Assembly (NCBI GenBank): GCA_963803435.1
Contig: CAWDML010000001.1
Span: forward strand, 1,536,001 to 1,600,000
Direction of reading: 5' to 3'
Source: an uncultured delta proteobacterium
Lineage (GTDB): Bacteria; Myxococcota; Kuafuiibacteriia; Kuafuiibacteriales; Kuafuiibacteriaceae
DNA: 64,000 bases
Shown here: positions 27,961 through 37,105 of the stretch, piece after piece
How the letters are laid out: each line of letters begins with the position of its first letter
Position numbering within the stretch: position 1 is the first letter of the stretch
Translations under genes and position numbers: made by a program
Notes under the pieces: generated by a model
Database searches by the model: none
What the model was told of the DNA's origin: nothing
What the model saw: only the letters and a program-made list of their open reading frames with translations

Positions 27961-29606
27961 TCGCAGTGAAGCAGCCTCCCTACGCCGACTGCGGTGCCCT
28001 CGCCGCCGAGCACGGCCTGCTGGCCCTGGAGGACGGCGTGCTCCGGGTGCCGTTCCTGGTGAAGGGCGAGCTCCGTCTCCCCGCGCGCCTCGAGCGCAAC
28101 CGCATCGACGCCGTCTTCGCCGAGCTCGACGCGCACGCAGGTCCGTCCGACAGCGCCGCCACCTATGCCCGCATCGGCGAGGTCCAGGTGCTGCGCGAGC
28201 CGGTGATCGATCGGACCTCGCTCCGCCGCACCGGCGCGCAGGTCTACACGGTGATGCCGTCGTTCGAGGCCGAGGAGGTCATCGAGCGCGAGCTGGACGC
28301 CCTGGAGGCGCTCTACGATCTCCCCTTCGAGGCGGTGCTCGACTACACGGACGCGCTGCGATCCGCGCTGCTCGAGGACGGCGACTTCTTCGAGCGCGTG
28401 GCGGAGTCGACGCTCCCCATGTCCCAGCAGCCGGACGCCTGGCATCACGCTGGCTTCGCCGCCATCCCGGTGCTGCTCGAGCGCGAGGAGCTCCGCCGCG
28501 GAGTGGACAGCGAGCTGATGGCGTTCGGGATCCCGGGGAGCCGGCTCCTCGACGGCTTTCAGCCGCTCCCGCTCGATCGCGTCCAGCCCACGCCGGTGAA
28601 CCTGTTCGCCGAGGCGATCTTCGAGGGTTCCGGCCACCGGTTCGCCCAGCGACGCCCCGAGCTGCGCGCGCTGCCGACGCGACAGCTCCACATCACCGCG
28701 GGCAACTCGCCCCAGATCCCCTTCCTCTCTGCGCTCCGCGCCCTCACCACCAAGTCGCCGGCCGTCATCAAGTCACCGTACGGCGCCGTCCTTCCCGGCG
28801 CGCTCCTGGCGCTGGCCGCCGCCCTCCAACCGGATCATCCGATCACGCGCCACCTCTCGATCGTCTACTGGCGCGGCGGCGACGAGGCCGTCGAGCGCGT
28901 GTTCTTCGCACCCACGTCGTTCGACCGCGTGGTCGTCTGGGGTGCACCGGGCGCCGTCGAGTCGGTGAAGGCGCGCGCGGTCCACACCAAGGTGCTCACG
29001 TTCAACCCGCGCTACGGCGTCAGCCTGATCGGCCGCGACGCCACCCTCGAGATCGACGGGCTGGCAGAGAAGACCATCTGCGACGCGCTGGTGGCGAACC
29101 AGAAGGCGTGCATCGCCACGCAGGTGGTCTACGCCGAGGGCACACCCGCCGAGATCGAGGCGCTGGCCCGGGCGCTGCAGCGCACGCTGGCCGCCTTCGA
29201 TCGCGAGGTCCCCAACCTGCTCGCCCCGGCGCAGGTCGGCGAGGTCAAGCGCCTGATGAAGGGCATCTTCCTCGACGCCGACTGGTACCCGAACCTGAAC
29301 GACGGCCGCTTCAGCTCTGCGGTCGTGGTGGCGCGGCAGGAGTTCAAGGTCTCGGCGCTCCCCATGTGCCGCTTCGTCGTGGTCAGGCCGGTCGAAGATC
29401 TGGCGCAGGCGCTCGACTATCTCCACCCCGGCGTCGCCACCGTGAGCATCCATCCCGACGCGCGACGCCGCGCGCTCGCCACCCGGATCGGCGCGCGCGG
29501 CGTCAGCAACATCGTCCCGCTGGGCCACAGCGGGAGCGGGTTCAGCGGCCAGTCGCACGACGGCATGCGGGTGCTCTCGGAGCTGGTGGACTGGAAGAAC
29601 GGCTGA
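27957..29606 (+). CDS. LuxC-like acyl-CoA / acyl-protein reductase
   Basis: LHITAGN, ALTTKSPAVIK, YWRGGD, VVVWG, FNPRYG, NQKACIATQ (catalytic Cys), RGVSNIVPLG, HDGMRVLSELV; ATGA coupling with the luxE-like gene. Confidence 0.85.
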   Translation: MIAVKQPPYADCGALAAEHGLLALEDGVLRVPFLVKGELRLPARLERNRIDAVFAELDAHAGPSDSAATYARIGEVQVLREPVIDRTSLRRTGAQVYTVMPSFEAEEVIERELDALEALYDLPFEAVLDYTDALRSALLEDGDFFERVAESTLPMSQQPDAWHHAGFAAIPVLLEREELRRGVDSELMAFGIPGSRLLDGFQPLPLDRVQPTPVNLFAEAIFEGSGHRFAQRRPELRALPTRQLHITAGNSPQIPFLSALRALTTKSPAVIKSPYGAVLPGALLALAAALQPDHPITRHLSIVYWRGGDEAVERVFFAPTSFDRVVVWGAPGAVESVKARAVHTKVLTFNPRYGVSLIGRDATLEIDGLAEKTICDALVANQKACIATQVVYAEGTPAEIEALARALQRTLAAFDREVPNLLAPAQVGEVKRLMKGIFLDADWYPNLNDGRFSSAVVVARQEFKVSALPMCRFVVVRPVEDLAQALDYLHPGVATVSIHPDARRRALATRIGARGVSNIVPLGHSGSGFSGQSHDGMRVLSELVDWKNG

Positions 29607-29615
29607 CGGCTCCGT

Positions 29616-30899
29616 TCAAAGGCTCGCGCGCGCGAGACCGTCCACCACGCTCGTGAAGGTCCCCCGACCCCGAAGCTTTTCGGCTCCGAAGATGCGGGAG
29701 AACTCCGAGCGGATCGCCGACACCAGGCTGGTCCCGCCGGTCATGAAGACGGCGTCCACCTCCTCGGGGGCCACACCCGCGTTCTCGAGCACACCGAGCG
29801 CCGCCTTCCGGATCTCCTCGACCCGCCCTTCCACCGCCGCGGCGAACTGCTCGGCCGTCAGCGACTCCGACACCGGGAGCCCGTGCGCGTCGTCGGCAAT
29901 CTCACCGGCGGGCTCAGACTGCACGGCGCGCTTGGCCCGCTCGACCGCCCGGAACAGCACGTACGACAGATCGCAGTCGACCACCTCGATCAGCCTTGCG
30001 ATCTCCTCGGGTCGATCGCTGGTCTTTCTCACCTCCCTGAGGAACTCGAGGTACTTCTTCGACTTCAGGAAGCTGACATGGTTCCAGCGCAGCAGCTTGT
30101 GGAAGATCCAGTTCGGCACGGCGGTCTTCGCCCCGAACGCCCGGTACTCGCTGCCATAGCCCAGCCGATCGAACAGCCGCGCCCGCACGATCTCACCGTC
30201 GAGCGCATCGCCCGCCGTCGGCACACCGCCCGACGCCAGCACGCTCTCGGATCGATCGCCGGATCTCTTGTGGCTCGGGCCCACGCGCATCACGGTAAAG
30301 TCTGAGGTGCCGCCGCCGAGGTCTGCCACCACGACCACCTCGTCCCGCTCGAGCTCAGCCTCGTAGGTGAGCGCCGCCGCGATCGGCTCGATCAGCAGCG
30401 TCACCTCCGGCAGCCCAGAGAGTCGGGCCGCTTCCAGGAGCCGCGACTCCGCCAGCCGATCCTCCCCCGGATCGAGCGAGAAGCGCGCCGGCCGCCCCAG
30501 CACGATCCGGCCCTCGAGCTTTCGTCCGAGCACCTGCTCGGCCGACTCGCGCGCGCGCCGGAGAAAGATCGCGATGAGCTGCTCGATCGTATAGTGCCGG
30601 TTCTTGATCACCGTGCCGCTGAAGGCCGAGGAGGGGAGAAAGGCCTTGATGGACTGCATGAAGCGTCCGTCGAGCCCGGTGAAGAGGTACTGGCGGATCG
30701 CGTCGAAGCCGACGTGATAACCGCTCTCATAGTTGGGCGCGAAGATGACCGTCGGTACCGTCGACGACTCGACCTCTCCGCCCGGCGCCAGCACGCCCGG
30801 GATCCGCCAGCGCACCGGGTGCACCTTGCCGTCCGGCGTGGCCATCGCGATCGCCGAGTTGCTGGTGCCGAAATCGATTCCAAAGCCCGGCTGCGACAT
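29616..30899 (-). CDS. Hsp70 family protein (YegD-like)
   Basis: GIDFGTSNS, EPIAAA, VADLGGGTSDF, FMTGGTS; about 427 aa with no substrate-binding domain. Confidence 0.9.
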   Translation of the reverse strand: MSQPGFGIDFGTSNSAIAMATPDGKVHPVRWRIPGVLAPGGEVESSTVPTVIFAPNYESGYHVGFDAIRQYLFTGLDGRFMQSIKAFLPSSAFSGTVIKNRHYTIEQLIAIFLRRARESAEQVLGRKLEGRIVLGRPARFSLDPGEDRLAESRLLEAARLSGLPEVTLLIEPIAAALTYEAELERDEVVVVADLGGGTSDFTVMRVGPSHKRSGDRSESVLASGGVPTAGDALDGEIVRARLFDRLGYGSEYRAFGAKTAVPNWIFHKLLRWNHVSFLKSKKYLEFLREVRKTSDRPEEIARLIEVVDCDLSYVLFRAVERAKRAVQSEPAGEIADDAHGLPVSESLTAEQFAAAVEGRVEEIRKAALGVLENAGVAPEEVDAVFMTGGTSLVSAIRSEFSRIFGAEKLRGRGTFTSVVDGLARASL

Positions 30900-30943
30900 C
30901 CGCCGCTTCTGCCCGACGCGCGCGATCGGGTAAAGGATCGTTC

Positions 30944-31408
30944 TCACCTACCCATCCCGAGGATCGCCTTCCACTCCCCCACGGTCACGGGCTGGACCGA
31001 CAGCCGCATGCCCCGCTTGAGCAGTTTCATGCCCTCGAGCGCCTCGATCTCGCGCATCGCCTCCAGCGTCACCGGATGCGCGAAGGTCTGGTCTGCCTTG
31101 ATGTCCACCATGAACCAGCGAGGCGCGTCCTCAGTCGCCGTCGGATCGTAGTAGTCCGACTTCGGATCGAACTGCGTGTGATCCGGATATCCGGCGCGGA
31201 CCACCTTCGCGGTGCCGACCACCGCCGGCACCGCGCAGCTCGAGTGATAGAAGAGAACACCGTCCCCCTTCGCGACGTCGTCGCGGAGCGAGTTCCGCGC
31301 CTGGTAGTTCCGGACCCCGTGCCAGAACGTGGTCTGGTCCTTGGACTTACACAGGTCGTCGAAGGAGAAGGTCGTCGGCTCGGACTTGAACAACCAGAAG
31401 CTCGGCAT
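30944..31408 (-). CDS. EVE domain protein
   Basis: WLFKSEP, WHGVRNYQARN, GDGVLFYHSSC, RLSVQPV. Confidence 0.95.
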   Translation of the reverse strand: MPSFWLFKSEPTTFSFDDLCKSKDQTTFWHGVRNYQARNSLRDDVAKGDGVLFYHSSCAVPAVVGTAKVVRAGYPDHTQFDPKSDYYDPTATEDAPRWFMVDIKADQTFAHPVTLEAMREIEALEGMKLLKRGMRLSVQPVTVGEWKAILGMGR

Positions 31409-31411
31409 GGC

Positions 31412-31990
31412 TCATCCGTTGTGGAGGCGAGGCTCCGTGGGAAGGTCGCGGATCAGGGAGGCCTCGTGCTCCGCGATCTCGAGTCGTCGAGCACCGACAA
31501 TGTCCAGGCCGAAGATGGACTCGGCCAGGTCGAGGTAGGTGCGGTGGTGGCGCGCCTCGGAGGCCAGCAGGGAGAGATAGAGGTCGCGGAGCTGCGCCTC
31601 ATCCAGGTGCGCCGACAGCATCTTCATCCGCTCGCAGCTCCGCGCCTCGATGAACGCACAGGTGATCAACGTGTCGAGGAGACGCTCGGGCTCCGCGCGG
31701 CGGATGATCGACACCAGCTCGGCGGCGTAAGGGCTCGGACGGAGTCGCTCGAACCGGAGACCGCGCGCCTCCAGCACGTCGAGCACCTGCTCGAAGTGCT
31801 CGAGCTCCTCGCGGGCGAGCTCGGAGAGCGGTCGGATCAACGCCGTGTGCTCTGGATAGCGGAAGATCAGGTTGAGCGCGGTCGAGGCGGCCTTCTTCTC
31901 CAGATGCGCGTGATCCAGGAGGATCAGATCGATCGCAAGGACCGCCCGCCGTGCCCAGTCCGGATCGGTCGAGTCGAAGAGATGGAGCAT
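31412..31990 (-). CDS. miaE: tRNA-(ms2i6A37) hydroxylase
   Basis: DHAHLEKKAA, LAREELEHF, IEARSCER, SEARH di-iron ligands. Confidence 0.93.
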   Translation of the reverse strand: MLHLFDSTDPDWARRAVLAIDLILLDHAHLEKKAASTALNLIFRYPEHTALIRPLSELAREELEHFEQVLDVLEARGLRFERLRPSPYAAELVSIIRRAEPERLLDTLITCAFIEARSCERMKMLSAHLDEAQLRDLYLSLLASEARHHRTYLDLAESIFGLDIVGARRLEIAEHEASLIRDLPTEPRLHNG

Positions 31991-31991
31991 C

Positions 31992-32321
31992 TCACGCGTA
32001 GAGGCGATCGCACTTGGCCGCCAGGACGAAGTCGCTCTCGGTGAGCCCGTCGATCGCGTGGGTCCAGATCTCCACGCGAACCTGGCCCCAGGCGAGGTGG
32101 AGGTCAGGGTGGTGGCCCTGCTCCTCCGCCAGGGCGCCCACCTTGTTCACGAAGGCGAGCGCAGTCATGAAGTCGTCGAACTCGTACGTCTTCTCCAGGT
32201 GGTGACCGTCGACCACGCGCCACCCGAAGAGCTGATCCAGCAGCGCCTCCAACTCGGCGCCCTCGAGGGCCGGGACACCGCCGCGGCAAGGAACACAGGA
32301 CTTGTCGGCAAGCTCGGCCAC
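31992..32321 (-). CDS. phhB: Pterin-4-alpha-carbinolamine dehydratase
   Basis: CVPCRGG, AEEQGHHPD, WTHAIDGLTESDFVLAAK. Confidence 0.92.
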   Translation of the reverse strand: MAELADKSCVPCRGGVPALEGAELEALLDQLFGWRVVDGHHLEKTYEFDDFMTALAFVNKVGALAEEQGHHPDLHLAWGQVRVEIWTHAIDGLTESDFVLAAKCDRLYA

Positions 32322-32359
32322 GCCAGCGTCCTATGGCGCGCGCCGAAAAACCGCAACCG

Positions 32360-33587
32360 TCAACGCAAGCGGTCGTCGCCCGCGGCAAATCGGGCCGCCC
32401 ACTCCATGCGATCGAAGCCCCAGAACAGGCTGGGCTCGAGACCCTCCCGGTGCACGACGAACGTGGGCGCTCCGAACACGCCCGCCGCCACCGCCGCCTC
32501 GGTAGAGGCCCGCAGCGCCTCCTTGGTCGCAGGCTCCTGCGTGCGCGCCACCAGCCTCTGCCCGTCGAGCCCGAGCTCGTCGCAGACCTCTCGCACCACC
32601 TCCGGCGAGGAGATGTCGCGGTCCTCCACCCAGTAGGCGCGATAGATGCGGCGCACCAGAATCGGTCCGGCCGCCCGTGAGCAGCGTGACCCGCAGCGCC
32701 AACACCGAGTTCATGGGGAAACGCGAGGGCCAGCGCACCTCGAGGCCGTACGCCTCCGCCTGCCGCTGCAGGTCGGCCTGCGTGTGCTTCTGCTTGGCCT
32801 CGTTCTGGGAGAACAGCGGCACCTGGACCTGCTCCACCGTCTTGAACACGGCGCCCAGCAGCATGGGACGCCAGCTCGCTGCGCGCCCGAAGATCCTCTC
32901 CACCCGCTCGGCGGCCAGATACGAGAACGGGCTCGAGTAGTCGAACCAGAAGTCGGTCGGCGCCATCCGCTCCCGATCCGGGAGGTCAGAGACCGGCGCG
33001 CCTCCGAGCGCCCGCTCCACGTAGTCGCTTCGATCGACACCCCAGTAGAGCTGGCCCTCCACCACGTATGCGGGCGCGCCGAAGACGCCCGCGGCGATCG
33101 CCTGGTCGGTCTGCTTGCGCAGCTCGTCCTTGATCCGATCGGACTGGCTCTCGGCGATGACGCGATCCGGGTCGTGGCCGGCGTCCCGGAGAACCCGCGC
33201 CAGGCCGTCCCGCGTGGCGATGTCGATCCCTTCGACCCAGTAGGCGCGGAACAGCGCGTGGGCCAGCGGGCCGAGATACGGCGGCCCCACCGCGAGCAGC
33301 GCCCTCAGGGCGTCGACGGTACGCATCGGGTGTTGGGCGGGCACCGTCAGCGGCACGCCGTGCCAGGCAGCCGTGCGGCGGATGTCCTCGGCGTTGTGCT
33401 TGGCCTTGGCCGATCCCATGATCGCCGCCGGCACCTGCGGCGTAGCGCGTGCGCGGAAGACGCCGCCGAGCAGCATCGGCCGCGCGTCGAGCTCGGCGCC
33501 GGTCCGACGCGACAGCGCCTCCACCGTCGTCGAGGCGACGTACGCATACGGACAGGAGAAGTCGAACCAGAACTGCAGTTGCGCCAT
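32360..33587 (-). CDS. Tandem 2-hydroxychromene-2-carboxylate isomerase / DsbA-family protein; +1 frameshift at ~32660
   Basis: Two domains, FWFDFSCPYAY...GVFGAP...WGVDR and FWFDYSSPFSY...GVFGAP...WGFDR. The second domain is split; removing one A from CAGAATC (~32657-32663) restores the frame. Confidence 0.85.
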
Positions 33588-33617
33588 CGGACATCACGCT
33601 ACTGTATGATGCGCCGG

Positions 33618-33812
33618 ATGCGAAACGCTCTCTTCGCCGCGTTCTGCATGCTTTGCCTCCTGGCGCTCGTTTGGCCGGGCTACGCGCTGGTGGGCAACCG
33701 CATCGATCCGATGCTCCTGGGGCTGCCGTTCTCCTTCTTCTGGAACATCCTCTGGATCGTCCTCTCGTTCGTCGCCCTCTGGACCTACGACCTGACGGAC
33801 CCCGTCCGATGA
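33618..33812 (+). CDS. Small membrane protein (DUF3311-type) accompanying the SSS transporter
   Basis: WPGY...NRIDPMLLGLPFSFFWNILW; ATGA coupling to the symporter. Confidence 0.75.
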   Translation: MRNALFAAFCMLCLLALVWPGYALVGNRIDPMLLGLPFSFFWNILWIVLSFVALWTYDLTDPVR

Positions 33813-35314
33813 CCATCGCAGTCACGGCGATCTACCTGGGGCTCTGCCTGGTCCTCGGCATGTGGCCGAGCAAGCAGCAGACCGACAGCGCGCAAGGCTA
33901 CGTCGCCGGCGATCGCTCGATGGGGCTGGTCCTGATGTACTTCATCACGGGCGCCACCATCTTCTCGGCGTTCGCGTTCCTGGGCGGTCCCGGCTGGGCC
34001 TACTCCCGGGGCGCGGCAGCGTTCTACATCCTCGGCTACGGCGCGCTCGGGCTCATCCCCTTCTACTTCCTGGGCCCGCGGGCGGCGCGCGTCGGCCGCG
34101 CGTACGGCTTCGTCACGCAGGCCGAGATGATGGCCGCGCGCTTCGAGATGCCGGCGCTCGCCGGAGTGATGGCCGTGATCAGCGTGGTCGCCTTCATCCC
34201 GTACCTCGCGCTCCAGATGCAGGGCGCCGGATACGTGATCGAGACGATGACCGGCGGCGCGATCCCCAAGTGGGCAGGGGCCGGCGCGGTCTATCTCGTG
34301 GTGCTGATCTATGTGCTACGCAGCGGCGTGCTCGGCGTCGGCTGGACCAACGTCTTCCAGGGCGTCTTCATGATGGTGCTGGCGTGGGGGCTGGGGCTCT
34401 ATCTGCCCGCGCACCTGTACGGAGGCGTCGGCGCGCTCTTCCACCGCCTCGCCGCGGAGCGCCCCGACCTCCTCATCGCGCCCGGGCTGACCGGCGCCGG
34501 AGCGCCCTGGACCTGGGGTGAGTATTCCGCGGCGGTGATCGTCTCGATCATCGGCTTCTCCGTCTGGCCGCACCTGTTCATGAAGGCGTTCACCGCCCGC
34601 GACGAGCGCACGCTGAAGCGCACCGTACTCCTCTACCCGACCTTCCAGATCTTCGTCGTCCCGCTGTTCGTGATCGGCTTTTCGGGCGTGTTCTTCCAGC
34701 CCGGACCGCCCCACCCGGACGAGATCCTCCCGCACATCCTGATGCACACCGAGATCCCGTCGCTGGTGGTCGGCCTCTTCTGCGCCGGCGCGCTGGCCGC
34801 CTCGATGTCCTCCGGCGACGCCATGGCCCACGCCGCCGCCTCGATCGCGATCCGCGACGGCATCGTCACCGCCGCGGGTCGCCCGCTCCCCCCTCACCGC
34901 GAGCGCACCTTGATCCGCTGGGTCGTGCTCGCGACGATGGTCGTCGCCTACGTGGTCGCCATCGCCTACCACGGCTCGCTCGTCTTCCTGCTGCTCACCA
35001 CCTACGGCGCGATCGTGCAGTTCACGCCCGGGATCCTCGCCTGCCTCTACACCGACCGCGTGCGCGGCTCCGCGGTCCTCGCCGGCATGGTCGCCGGCAG
35101 CGCCGTGACCGCGGTCCTGGTCGTGTTCCCCGGTCTCCAGCCCTTCCCCCTCCACGCGGGTCTCTACGGCGTCGTGGTCAACGTCGCCGTCCTCGCCGTC
35201 CTTTCCCTCGTCTCGCCCCGCGCCGCCGCGCCGGCGGCGACCCGCTTCCTGGAGATCGCGGGCCGCCGCTCACCGGCGGTCCGTCACCAACGCAGACGAT
35301 CTACAAGCAGTTGA
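33809..35314 (+). CDS. Sodium:solute symporter family protein
   Basis: YVAGDRSMG, ATIFSAFAFLGGPGWAY, WTNVFQG, GALAASMSS; about 13 TM helices. Confidence 0.92.
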   Translation: MTIAVTAIYLGLCLVLGMWPSKQQTDSAQGYVAGDRSMGLVLMYFITGATIFSAFAFLGGPGWAYSRGAAAFYILGYGALGLIPFYFLGPRAARVGRAYGFVTQAEMMAARFEMPALAGVMAVISVVAFIPYLALQMQGAGYVIETMTGGAIPKWAGAGAVYLVVLIYVLRSGVLGVGWTNVFQGVFMMVLAWGLGLYLPAHLYGGVGALFHRLAAERPDLLIAPGLTGAGAPWTWGEYSAAVIVSIIGFSVWPHLFMKAFTARDERTLKRTVLLYPTFQIFVVPLFVIGFSGVFFQPGPPHPDEILPHILMHTEIPSLVVGLFCAGALAASMSSGDAMAHAAASIAIRDGIVTAAGRPLPPHRERTLIRWVVLATMVVAYVVAIAYHGSLVFLLLTTYGAIVQFTPGILACLYTDRVRGSAVLAGMVAGSAVTAVLVVFPGLQPFPLHAGLYGVVVNVAVLAVLSLVSPRAAAPAATRFLEIAGRRSPAVRHQRRRSTSS

Positions 35315-37022
35315 ACCCGACGCTCGCGCTCTGATAGCCGCAGGTCTGCCCGAGCGCGCCGCAGCTCTGCTGGCGCATCGTGCCGTTCTCGCACCAGCGG
35401 AGCATGTCGCCGTCGCAGGTCCCGACGTAGCCGAGCGAGTCGCAGGTATAGAGGCAGTTGTTGCCGACGCTGTCGTCCTGCCAGCCGCAGGTCTGGCCGG
35501 CCGCGCCGCAGTCGCGCTGTCGGATCGAGCCGTTCTCACACCAGCGCAGGAGCCCGCCGGCGCACTCGCCCGCGTAGCCCAGGCGATCGCACTCGGAGGG
35601 CGCCGAGATGGGGATGCAGTTGTTGCCCAGCTGGGCGCTCTGGTACCCGCAGGTCTCGCCCTGGACCGAGCACTCGAACGAGCGCACCACCCCGCCCTCG
35701 CACCAGCGGAGCAGGCTGCCCTGACACTCGCCGGCGAAGTCGAGACCGCCGCACGGGTCCACGCTCATGGCGACACAGTTGTTGCCGACCGCGTCGCTCT
35801 CCCAACCGCACGCCTGTCCGCTGGCGCCGCAGTCGACCTGCCGGACCGCACCGCCGGCGCACCAGCGGAGCAGGTTGCCCTGACACTCGCCGGCGTAGTC
35901 CAGGCCGCCGCATGCGCTCGGCACGCCGATGCTCCCGGTGTTGTTCGGGTCGTGGACCAGATCCATGTAGTGATCCCACGGGAAGTACGGACCGGGGTCG
36001 ACGTGCGTGGCGCCCGGAACCTCGACGTGGCCGAGGATGTGGGCCCGATCCATCGGGATGCCGTACCTGAGACAGGCCGCCCGCGTGATGGCGGCGCTGC
36101 TCCTCAGCATCGGCTCGGTGAACCAGTTGTAGCCCTCGCTCGCCACGGCCTCGTGCTCGATGCCGATGGTCCACGGGTTCCAGTCGCTGATGTGCTGCGC
36201 CGAGTCCTGCTCCCGGACCATCTGCGTGATGTCGCCGTCGGAGGAGCGCACTACGTAGTGCGCGCTGGTCTGGTACGGATTGTTCGGGTTGCGGAACCAG
36301 GAGATCGCGCCGTCGTACGAGCCTTCGGTGGTGTGGATGATGACGTGCGTGATGTTGTAACCGTAGCGCCCGTACACGAAAAACCCCTGGCGGGCCGGCA
36401 CCCAGTGCGCGCCGGGAAAGTCGACGTCTCCCGCGAGCGCCTTGCTCGTCTGTCCGAACGTCTTGCCGGAGGCCGGGAGCACCAGCTCCTCTCCGTCGTC
36501 GGTGGTGGCGCGCGCACCCTGGGCGAGGATCTCGAACACGTGATCCGCGTACGACTCACCGGCGAGCTCGTCCTCGGGCGATCCGTAGCGCGCGACCGCA
36601 GGGCGCCACTCCGAGAGGCGCGCCGGCACCCGCCCCATGGTCTCGAGCGCCAGCGCGCGCAGCACGACCGCCGCCGCACGGATGTTGGTGGCCGGGTCGC
36701 TGCCGGCGAGCTCGAGATCGACGTGGAGCTGTTCGGCGGCCTCCGATAGCCGCGGCAGATCCGGGCGCTCGACCACGCCCATCAGCCCGCGCGCTCCGGT
36801 CGCGACGTGCCCGACGTCCAGCGCGGCGGCCGGCGGCGTATGCCAGCGCGTCTCCACGTAGCCGATCGCCAGCAAGAGCGGCTCCGGGACCTCCAGCTCT
36901 CGGCTCGCCTGTTCGAACGCGCCCGCGAGCGGACCGCGGGCCTCGGCTTTCTCCGGCTTCGGCATGCAACCGAGCACACCCGACGACGCCAACAGGATCC
37001 CGACACCCACTCCAGCACGCAT
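35301..37022 (-). CDS. N-acetylmuramoyl-L-alanine amidase (Amidase_2) with N-terminal lysozyme-like domain and four C-terminal Cys repeats; lipoprotein
   Basis: IIHTTEG, SAHYVV, IGIEHE, ILGHVEVP..THVDPG; N-domain VPEPLLLAIGYVETRW...NIRAAA; lipobox VLGC. Confidence 0.88.
   Translation of the reverse strand: MRAGVGVGILLASSGVLGCMPKPEKAEARGPLAGAFEQASRELEVPEPLLLAIGYVETRWHTPPAAALDVGHVATGARGLMGVVERPDLPRLSEAAEQLHVDLELAGSDPATNIRAAAVVLRALALETMGRVPARLSEWRPAVARYGSPEDELAGESYADHVFEILAQGARATTDDGEELVLPASGKTFGQTSKALAGDVDFPGAHWVPARQGFFVYGRYGYNITHVIIHTTEGSYDGAISWFRNPNNPYQTSAHYVVRSSDGDITQMVREQDSAQHISDWNPWTIGIEHEAVASEGYNWFTEPMLRSSAAITRAACLRYGIPMDRAHILGHVEVPGATHVDPGPYFPWDHYMDLVHDPNNTGSIGVPSACGGLDYAGECQGNLLRWCAGGAVRQVDCGASGQACGWESDAVGNNCVAMSVDPCGGLDFAGECQGSLLRWCEGGVVRSFECSVQGETCGYQSAQLGNNCIPISAPSECDRLGYAGECAGGLLRWCENGSIRQRDCGAAGQTCGWQDDSVGNNCLYTCDSLGYVGTCDGDMLRWCENGTMRQQSCGALGQTCGYQSASVGFNCL
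35304..35912 (-). repeat. Four tandem ~50-aa Cys-rich repeats (C..L.Y/F.G.C.G..LRWC..G..R...C...GQ.CG........NC)
   Basis: Visible in the protein and in the DNA (recurring CACCAGCG.AGCA on the + strand). Confidence 0.85.
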
Positions 37023-37105
37023 GCTGTGCGAAATACCGACTCGAAGTCGGACGAACAACTGTGTACGGAGCGTCTACGATCTGCGGTTGGACCCGCGGTC
37101 AGTCG

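Noticed and set aside
26560-29606. Bioluminescence operon
   Set aside because: luxA, luxB, luxD and luxG are absent from the window.
35304-35912. ~150-bp spaced repeats resembling an array
   Set aside because: In-frame protein repeats of the amidase with no unique spacers; no cas genes in the window.
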